DNA of 64,000 nt from a virus (lineage: Duplodnaviria; Caudoviricetes): the IMG/VR virus record IMGVR_UViG_3300009161_000021; one strand, 5' to 3'. The notes under the pieces were generated by a model, which was not told where the DNA came from, did not search any database, and was given only the letters and a program-made list of their open reading frames with translations. The position numbers were made by a program, and so were the translations under genes. Below, piece by piece: positions 58,125-64,000 of this stretch (positions are counted from its first letter, which is position 1; each line of letters begins with the position of its first letter).

Positions 58125-58450
58125 TAACTTAGAACCTCAATCGCATGGATATGGACAGAATCGCTAGTCGGAGTGGAAGCTTTTAAAGTGACGCTTGAAG
58201 CCGAAATACTTACGATATACACGCTGAAGTTCGCAGTTGCTCCTTTTGGAGTAACAGTAACTTTCGGTGGAAGAGAAAACTTGCCAGTAGGAAAGCTATA
58301 CGTAAGCTCATCGCTACCGCCAAAAGTAGCGATTGCAGCGTCTATATTCACATTAGCCAAGTCAGACTCCGTCAGGAAGTAATTTCTGGGTTCACGACGC
58401 AGGAATGGATACGTCTTTTTGTAGCGTTGTAGATCGATCCTCGTCGGCAC
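58124..58450 (-). CDS. Small fibre-associated beta protein, 108 aa
   Basis: GTG start after GGAGG; FSLPPKVTVTP...VYIVSISASSVTLKAS resembles small lectin-like fibre-tip modules. Confidence 0.6.
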   Translation of the reverse strand: MPTRIDLQRYKKTYPFLRREPRNYFLTESDLANVNIDAAIATFGGSDELTYSFPTGKFSLPPKVTVTPKGATANFSVYIVSISASSVTLKASTPTSDSVHIHAIEVLS

Positions 58451-58465
58451 AGCCCGCCTCCAGCA

Positions 58466-58473
58466 CTAAGTAT
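58466..58473 (-). promoter_or_regulatory. Candidate late-promoter motif ATACTTAG
   Basis: Intergenic, upstream of the SD and GTG at 58450 that head the fibre module. Confidence 0.5.
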
Positions 58474-58479
58474 TCTGAG

Positions 58480-59787
58480 CTAGAGCATCTGACCTGCGAG
58501 AGTCGCGAGTTCCGACCGTTCTCCTCTCTCAAGAGTAATATGACTTGTGAGATGAGAAGTCTTTAGCTTTTCAACAGAAATAGTCAAACCGTTAGAGTAG
58601 CTGTCAATGTAAGGAGTGTCAATCTGATCAGTGTCTCCAAGGAGAACGATCTTGCTGTTCTTACCAGTTCTCGTGATGATCGTCTTCAACTCATGAATTG
58701 TCGTGTTCTGAGCCTCATCAACAATGATGAAAGCATCAGCGAATGTTCGACCACGAATGAAAGAGAGCGGAGCAACGTCAATATCACCTCGGGCTCTCAT
58801 CATCTCAAAGAATGTTGATTCTCCAAACGCTTGCCTGAAGTTGTCGACAATCGGAGATAGCCACGGAGCCATCTTGTCGTTGATATCACCGGGTAGGAAG
58901 CCAAGCTCCTTACCGACGGGCTCAATTGATCTTGTGATGATGATACGCTTGTACGTCTTCTCACTGAAACCCTGCATTCCAGCTGCGAGAGTAAGGAAAG
59001 TCTTACCGGATCCAGCAAGACCTGAAAGAGAGACGAGGGGAATCTCTGGATCAAGCAGAGCGTGAAGAGCAAACTTTTGCTCTTTGCTCCTAGCATTGAT
59101 GCTGTTGCACTTGTAGTTTAAGGGCAGAAGCTTTCCGTTCTTATGGATTGCAAGAAAAGACTTCTTTGGATCAAGATCGGAGACAGCGTACACAAACTGA
59201 TTCGGAAAGAGCTCAGGCATCCATTCCTCGACCTCAAGCTCCTTCCTGGAGTAGAAGGTATCAATGTCACGATCAGCGAGCTCAATCGTCTCCTGACCTG
59301 AGTACATCTGGCGACCTTCCTTCACACTCCTGATGTGATCGCGGAAGTAATCCTCCGCGATAAGACCCAGCGCGTCGCACTTCACTCTAAGGTTAATGTC
59401 CTTCGTTACGACCTTCACAGGCACCCCTGGGTGTCTCTGCTTTAGGCCCAGGGCCACGATAACAAGTTGGTTATCACCTTTGGATGAATCGAGGCCAGAG
59501 GGCATCTGGATGCCCATAGGGCTCATCTCATTCTCAACCCGAATGGTCTGGTCCCCCGGCACCTGGACACCATCGTGAAGGTGACCTCCCTGCTGACGGA
59601 GCTGATCGAGGTACCTGTTCACGTATCGAGCTGACGATCCGAGTAGGTCTTGACGCTCCTTGAATCGATCCAACTCCTCAAGCACCACTAACGGAAGAAT
59701 CACATCATTTCCGGGAAATGAGTGAATGCTCTGCATGTCATGAAGGAGAACCGACGTATCAACTACAAGAATCTTTCTGGTACTCAA
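58480..59787 (-). CDS. phoH: PIN-PhoH fusion (PhoH2/YlaK-like)
   Basis: PIN: VVDTSVLL, LEELD, GDN, TKDINLR. PhoH: GLAGSGKT, IIITR, LGFLPG, RGRT, DEAQN, LGDTDQID. Confidence 0.93.
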   Translation of the reverse strand: MSTRKILVVDTSVLLHDMQSIHSFPGNDVILPLVVLEELDRFKERQDLLGSSARYVNRYLDQLRQQGGHLHDGVQVPGDQTIRVENEMSPMGIQMPSGLDSSKGDNQLVIVALGLKQRHPGVPVKVVTKDINLRVKCDALGLIAEDYFRDHIRSVKEGRQMYSGQETIELADRDIDTFYSRKELEVEEWMPELFPNQFVYAVSDLDPKKSFLAIHKNGKLLPLNYKCNSINARSKEQKFALHALLDPEIPLVSLSGLAGSGKTFLTLAAGMQGFSEKTYKRIIITRSIEPVGKELGFLPGDINDKMAPWLSPIVDNFRQAFGESTFFEMMRARGDIDVAPLSFIRGRTFADAFIIVDEAQNTTIHELKTIITRTGKNSKIVLLGDTDQIDTPYIDSYSNGLTISVEKLKTSHLTSHITLERGERSELATLAGQML

Positions 59788-59859
59788 CTTTTCCTATCGA
59801 GGTTGAAAATACTCGCCTCTCAAGTAAAGATATCATCTAAGAGACAAAGGTAACATCAA

Positions 59860-60114
59860 ATGGAGAACAAATTGACAGATACCGTGATTGGCACCACTTG
59901 CTTTGCTGAGCATGAAAAGCGTGGAGCGCAATGTCAGAAGAAGGGATGCAGGCAGTGGATGAATTCATCCTGTCACATGAACTGCGCGATCATCGCTGCA
60001 TCCCAGAATGATGAAGGTATGACTCTTCAGCAGATTGGAGATATATTCAACATCACGAGAATGAGAGTCTGTCAACTAGAAAAGGCCTCACTCCAGAAGA
60101 TATCTGTGGAGTGA
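59860..60114 (+). CDS. Stand-alone sigma-70 region 4 HTH protein with a Cys/His-rich N-terminus
   Basis: GMTLQQIGDIFNITRMRVCQLEKASLQKI is a region 4.2 signature; five Cys upstream of it; the only credible plus-strand gene. Confidence 0.8.
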   Translation: MENKLTDTVIGTTCFAEHEKRGAQCQKKGCRQWMNSSCHMNCAIIAASQNDEGMTLQQIGDIFNITRMRVCQLEKASLQKISVE

Positions 60115-60136
60115 GGCCTCGCCTATAATTTCGCGA

Positions 60137-60484
60137 TTAAGACTTGCTTGCAGCTGTCAAAAGAGCGATGATATCAGCCTTTGTGCTTGTGGGAGAGACG
60201 GTAAGACCCATCGAAACTGCCGCTTCGGTCAACTGCGCTTTGGTCCAAGTCGGATCCCAAGACACAACAGGAGCAGTCTCAACAACGTTTGCGTCGATCG
60301 GCTCAGGTGCGGGGGTCGTATCGGTCTGAACCGGAACGCTTTCTACCACCTCGGTTACAAGCTCTTTGATCTCTATAGGAGCTTGCTCCACGGGGGCTTC
60401 AACAATTTCTTGAGTTGCCTGGTCGTCGGTCGAAACCTCAGCAAAATGCGGCTTTCCAGCAAGTCGATAGAGAGATGCTGGCAT
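60137..60484 (-). CDS. Acidic low-complexity protein with a C-terminal HeH/Rho-N-like helical domain
   Basis: WTKAQLTEAAVSMGLTVSPTSTKADIIALL; start placed at the ATG at 60484, just after the upstream stop. Confidence 0.6.
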   Translation of the reverse strand: MPASLYRLAGKPHFAEVSTDDQATQEIVEAPVEQAPIEIKELVTEVVESVPVQTDTTPAPEPIDANVVETAPVVSWDPTWTKAQLTEAAVSMGLTVSPTSTKADIIALLTAASKS

Positions 60485-60485
60485 G

Positions 60486-60689
60486 TTACTCTGCAGCCTT
60501 CCTGCTCTTCTCAACCTCGACCATGGACTTGATAAGAGTCGCAGCTTCTTTCTTCAGAAGTCTGAGTCCACGACGAGCACGAACACCAGCAGACGCGTTT
60601 CCGCCTGCATTCTTCTGGATGTCAAGATCCATCGACTCGATTAGGGTCTTAACACGATTCCAAGTCTCAGCGATTGCTTCATTTGCCAT
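60486..60689 (-). CDS. Histone H1-like protein Hc1 family (short form)
   Basis: KNAGGNASAGVRARRGLRLLKK matches the Hc1 G-N-x-x-A-G-x-R-A-R motif. Confidence 0.75.
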   Translation of the reverse strand: MANEAIAETWNRVKTLIESMDLDIQKNAGGNASAGVRARRGLRLLKKEAATLIKSMVEVEKSRKAAE

Positions 60690-60692
60690 TTT

Positions 60693-60929
60693 TTACTCCG
60701 TTGTTATGATGTTTGAAGAAACTTGCGCTCCTTCGAGCGCTTCTTTGGCAACTGTAGAGATGACCATTAGGGCTTCTCTGTCTTCCAGCTCCATTGCCAA
60801 AAGCTTAATGATATTTAGAATTTGACGCTGATTTACGCCAAACTTCAATATTTCAGAGACAATTTGTCTTGATTTTAGAGTTTCCTGCGCCCACTTCTCA
60901 GTCTCTGTTTGTCCAACTTTCTCAGTCAT
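60693..60929 (-). CDS. Hypothetical protein, 78 aa
   Basis: ATG start, tightly packed with neighbours. Confidence 0.7.
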   Translation of the reverse strand: MTEKVGQTETEKWAQETLKSRQIVSEILKFGVNQRQILNIIKLLAMELEDREALMVISTVAKEALEGAQVSSNIITTE

Positions 60930-61372
60930 TAGAACGCCTCTATCCTGAACTTTCCGTCATCTACAAAAATTAATCTCTTACCGTGCAGGTCACCCACCTC
61001 GTCTTCCTCTTTAGCTAGTGTTATCCACTGATCCCAAGATTTAGTGAGATAAATCCACTCGGCCTGCTCCCATGTAGCAATGTCACATTGGTAAGATTCT
61101 AAGACTCTGATAAGATCTTGAGATATTGAAAATTTTATGTCTTCAATATTCGGAAGAGATTTTGCATCTTCTTTTGAGGTCAACTCTGATTTACAGATAT
61201 CTGTGATTTTATGAATGACACCACAGTTATTGCATTGAGCAAATTTCGGTTGGACAGTGTCAGAATCATCAATCACAGAAAAAACTGCAAACTTATGAAA
61301 TACGGGATCAGCAGCATTCTTAAACTGTGGAAGAATGCAATGACATTGAATTAAGTGCTTGATCCCTTGCAA
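60929..61372 (-). CDS. Hypothetical protein with a putative Zn site
   Basis: QCHC and QCNNCG Cys pairs; TTG start. Confidence 0.65.
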   Translation of the reverse strand: MQGIKHLIQCHCILPQFKNAADPVFHKFAVFSVIDDSDTVQPKFAQCNNCGVIHKITDICKSELTSKEDAKSLPNIEDIKFSISQDLIRVLESYQCDIATWEQAEWIYLTKSWDQWITLAKEEDEVGDLHGKRLIFVDDGKFRIEAF

Positions 61373-61375
61373 GTT

Positions 61376-61630
61376 TCACCCGAAGAGCTTGTTCTTCTTG
61401 GGAGCATCAGACTCTTTCTGAATTTCTTTGAAAAGCGAGATGTACTGATTAACGCCGTTGTACCCCACACTCTCAATCGTTGACTTTACGATGCTTGTCG
61501 CACGAACAACCTGATCGTCCGAAAGCTTCATCTCGTTCTTTAGGACCAAGGTCAAGTTAGCCGTTACGTTATCAGAAATTGCACCGAGAACGTCATGCGT
61601 TACTCTACCGACATCAGATTCAAGACTCAT
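61376..61630 (-). CDS. Hypothetical protein
   Basis: ATG at 61630 after GAGGAAAAA (track start 61666). Confidence 0.65.
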   Translation of the reverse strand: MSLESDVGRVTHDVLGAISDNVTANLTLVLKNEMKLSDDQVVRATSIVKSTIESVGYNGVNQYISLFKEIQKESDAPKKNKLFG

Positions 61631-61677
61631 TTTTTCCTCTCCATTAAAATTCACAATAAAGCTCAAAAAAGTAAAGG

Positions 61678-62121
61678 TTATTTTGTGAGTCTGTCAGCTA
61701 TTGTTGCAGCAGCCCAAGCGTCTGGCTTGATTGTCGGAGAGAATCCCATACCAGAAATGTAATTCTGAGCTATTTTTGCGACCCGATTAGACTTGTTCTT
61801 GGGATTCGACGCGATATCAGCGTGAACGTGTATTTGAAGATTAGGATTCATCTTTCTTATCTGATCGGCTACAGTAACTGAGCTGTGAACTTCAGACAGG
61901 AGCCTGTCCTCAAGACACGCGTAAGTTGATCTAACTCTTTTGTCTCTTTTGAAGAAATACTTACCGCCCCGTCCGGGCCAGTAGAGACAAATGACCGAGG
62001 CAAAGACCCAAGAACCTGACGAAAGCTGGGAATCCGATCCCACAAACACCTGGCACTCGTTGTCAATTTGAGAAATTATCTGTGAGAAATCGTTTTGATT
62101 TCCGCTCGGGTCTAACCACAT
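61678..62121 (-). CDS. RNase H-like YkuK (DUF458) family protein
   Basis: VFVGSDSQ, GRGGKYF, RLLSEV, HADI, GMGF, KPDAWAA-x-x-x-AD. Confidence 0.85.
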   Translation of the reverse strand: MWLDPSGNQNDFSQIISQIDNECQVFVGSDSQLSSGSWVFASVICLYWPGRGGKYFFKRDKRVRSTYACLEDRLLSEVHSSVTVADQIRKMNPNLQIHVHADIASNPKNKSNRVAKIAQNYISGMGFSPTIKPDAWAAATIADRLTK

Positions 62122-63344
62122 TTGTCAACCTCCAAAATGGTGCTACACTTGGTCAGAATAGAAATGAAAGATTTAGAGCTCGATGTTCCAGCTTTTAAAG
62201 CTGAGAATGGAAGAAGCGTGCCGGAGTAATTAACTACGCCGGAAGACATGCACGATTTTGCGTATCGAAGTCCAAAATCAACACGATCTCTTTGAATACC
62301 GGAAAGTGACTTCTTGTCAGCACCGATCTTTATTGTTACGAGACCAGAACCAAGTGCGCCAAGACGACGCCGGATGAGATCTGACTGATCTTGATCGCAG
62401 CTTGATAATTTTGATGCTAATCTAGAAACAACGTTAGAAACTCTATTCTCTTTAAACTCAATCTCAGTAGATGACAAGTTACAGACAATTTGATCAGCAG
62501 CAACGCAGGAATCTAGATCAACCGATGAGATAAGCTGTCCTTTGTCCGCCGATACAGGTTCCGCGCCAAAGCAATTCGCAAGATCTGCCATCCCATTCAC
62601 TCCAACTTCATCGAATGGAATCACCACAGGAACCACTCGTGCCGTCTGTCTCTTGATGTTGACGGCTGAGGTCGCGATGACCTCTTCGTTAAATCCTCTT
62701 GCGAAGATAACAACGGGAATTTTTTTGTCGTAAGAGTCTTGAAATATCCTATGACACTCTGAGACGCTTTCAATGATTCCATCGATAAAGACTATTTTGC
62801 AATTCTGGACTGCAATTTTAGATTGACCCGCAGCTGCAAAAAAATCTGACGGTGGATGCCATCGACATGATTGCGTTCCGTAGGTGATCTCTGTCTTTTG
62901 AACGTCACTAGAGTCTAAGACGATCTTTCCGTTTCTCCCAGCTATCGAAATTGAATCAACCACAATGTCAGAGACTATTTGGTCAGATAGAGACAGCAGA
63001 CTCTTCCTAAGATCATCCACACTGAACCTATGACCAAAGTCCAGATCTAAGTTTTTTGATCTAGCGATCTCAGAAAGAGCAACAAAAGAACCACCAGCGC
63101 TTTGCTGCTCAGCGTCAAGCAAGCATTTTAGAAGGAGGTTCCTGGTGGGAGACTCAGGAACAGTTTCTGAAATAGCTCTAATACTCTCACATTCGCAAAG
63201 AGAGATTGAAGAATCTCCAAGATTTACGAAAATACTTCTTTCTTTTAACTTTCTAAGAAGATCAGAAGCAAAAGATCTCCAGAGCTTTTGGCTGTTTTCG
63301 GGATTTTTTGTGAGTCTGCGCTTCATCGTTTGAATTGTACTCAT
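62112..63344 (-). CDS. Divergent GroEL/cpn60-like protein lacking the ATP-binding motif
   Basis: Apical-domain-like IVFIDGIIESVSE, PVVIFARGF, RRLGALGSG and IKIG segments; GDGTTT replaced by AGGSFV; 410 aa. Confidence 0.7.
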   Translation of the reverse strand: MSTIQTMKRRLTKNPENSQKLWRSFASDLLRKLKERSIFVNLGDSSISLCECESIRAISETVPESPTRNLLLKCLLDAEQQSAGGSFVALSEIARSKNLDLDFGHRFSVDDLRKSLLSLSDQIVSDIVVDSISIAGRNGKIVLDSSDVQKTEITYGTQSCRWHPPSDFFAAAGQSKIAVQNCKIVFIDGIIESVSECHRIFQDSYDKKIPVVIFARGFNEEVIATSAVNIKRQTARVVPVVIPFDEVGVNGMADLANCFGAEPVSADKGQLISSVDLDSCVAADQIVCNLSSTEIEFKENRVSNVVSRLASKLSSCDQDQSDLIRRRLGALGSGLVTIKIGADKKSLSGIQRDRVDFGLRYAKSCMSSGVVNYSGTLLPFSALKAGTSSSKSFISILTKCSTILEVDKCG

Positions 63345-63375
63345 TCGATGGTTAAGAGATAAACGATGGTGAACG

Positions 63376-63807
63376 TTATGTTGATCTATTCTTAACGGTC
63401 GACTCTGCCCAGTCGATAGCTCCCAGAAGATAAGGATAGCATCTTCTTCTCATTTCGTCCCAAGTGAGCCAATGATAGCCATCGTGCTCGTACTGCTTTG
63501 TTTCGGGATTCATGAGTATCTCCGGCTCCTGATCCGTAGATGCGATGTAGACGATAACATCTTTGTGAGGGCGTTCGGAAACGAAATAATGGTTCCCCCA
63601 CAGCATGTCAGATGAAGAAACATTGATACCAGCTTCTTCTCTGCACTCTCTCACTGCAGCATCAATATCACTTTCTCCAACCTCAACGTGTCCTTTTGGG
63701 ATATCAATCTTTCCCCACACTCTGAGACCGAGTACTTCCCACGTTGTACCGTTTCTTCGAACAATTACGAAACCAGCTGATCTTTCTTTTTGTTTTTTCG
63801 CTTTCAT
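63376..63807 (-). CDS. NUDIX hydrolase (Ap4A hydrolase-like)
   Basis: SAGFVI, PKGHVEVGESDIDAAVRECREEAG (Nudix box), EH-x-x-Y-x-W. Confidence 0.9.
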   Translation of the reverse strand: MKAKKQKERSAGFVIVRRNGTTWEVLGLRVWGKIDIPKGHVEVGESDIDAAVRECREEAGINVSSSDMLWGNHYFVSERPHKDVIVYIASTDQEPEILMNPETKQYEHDGYHWLTWDEMRRRCYPYLLGAIDWAESTVKNRST

Positions 63808-63868
63808 AATGACCTAAAGTTAAATAGATCTTATAAACAACTTCCGAACAAGTTCAGATGCAGGGAAC

Positions 63869-64000
63869 TTAACGGTAAATTTTATCCTTACCAACTTTCT
63901 GCGCAAAGTAGCTGAGCAATGAACCACCGGCAATGTTAGCTTGCCATTCTATCGGACTAAGGTGGTGAGGTTTCGTTATTTTTTCAGGGACAAGACCTAA
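63869..64000 (-). CDS. C-terminal fragment of a protein entering from the right edge
   Basis: Hand translation LGLVPEKITKPHHLSPIEWQANIAGGSLLSYFAQKVGKDKIYR, with TAA at 63869-63871. Confidence 0.5.
   Translation of the reverse strand, partial: LGLVPEKITKPHHLSPIEWQANIAGGSLLSYFAQKVGKDKIYR

Larger units (their letters stand above)
1..64000. mobile_element. Segment of a large myovirus-type (probably jumbo) bacteriophage genome
   Basis: gp25-like and gp6/J-like baseplate genes, tail-fibre paralogues, phage-type sigma factor, PhoH, Cas4-like nuclease and GroEL-like gene; no bacterial housekeeping operons; nearly all genes on one strand; GGAG(G) SD sites. Confidence 0.9.

Noticed and set aside
59784-59810. 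Hairpin over the PhoH start, and a similar weak inverted repeat at about 1958-1987
   Set aside because: Short, mismatched AT-rich stems that are likely chance.
417-63817. The many short plus-strand and nested ORFs in the track (60-200 aa)
   Set aside because: They lie antisense to, or out of frame within, long motif-bearing genes and show no recognisable domains. Only 59860..60114 was kept.
1-64000. Eukaryotic giant virus (NCLDV) origin suggested by the sugar genes
   Set aside because: gp25/gp6-like baseplate, a sigma factor, SD sites and overlapping operonic genes indicate a bacteriophage.
1-64000. Stop-codon reassignment, as in some large phages
   Set aside because: TAA, TGA and TAG all end coupled genes (TAG at 31484 and 58480), and long ORFs are intact in the standard code.
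1-64000. tRNA, rRNA or large ncRNA genes
   Set aside because: Intergenic gaps are all under about 80 nt and none shows a cloverleaf or T-loop pattern.
63869-64000. Lytic transglycosylase (SLT) call for the right-edge fragment, based on NIAGG
   Set aside because: Only 43 residues are visible, too little to support a family call.

Overview
This window looks like a 64 kb segment of a large, contractile-tailed (myovirus-type, probably jumbo) bacteriophage genome. It uses the standard code and has Shine-Dalgarno sites. Genes are densely packed and often translationally coupled, and all credible genes but one are on the minus strand. Left to right: (1) 1-26.1 kb, a baseplate/tail structural module with gp25-like and gp6/J-like wedge proteins, a probable hub/spike, LamG, DNRLRE-like and FN3-like proteins, a collagen/C1q-like fibre and large unknown proteins; (2) a phage sigma factor; (3) 27.1-51.6 kb, a 30-gene, about 24.5 kb nucleotide-sugar and glycosyltransferase locus with 7 GT genes, Glf, Ugd-like, Gmd-like, a ColD-type 3-dehydratase, RmlC, a ThDP-dependent E1 alpha/beta pair, a split HldE-like kinase plus nucleotidyltransferase, PseB-like and two 2OG-Fe(II) oxygenases, but no flippase, polymerase, ABC exporter or initiating membrane transferase; (4) 51.7-58.5 kb, three mosaic Ser/Gly/Thr-rich tail-fibre paralogues plus a small accessory gene; (5) 58.5-64 kb, PIN-PhoH, a stand-alone sigma region-4 protein, an Hc1 histone-like protein, a YkuK RNase H-like protein, a degenerate GroEL-like protein and a NUDIX hydrolase. 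The best candidate for an undescribed system is a phage-encoded cytoplasmic glycosylation pathway. It may make a 3,6-dideoxy, possibly C-branched sugar, and it lies between the baseplate and fibre genes, whose products are rich in [ST]-G-[ST] motifs. All family calls come from motif recognition by eye; no database search was run.
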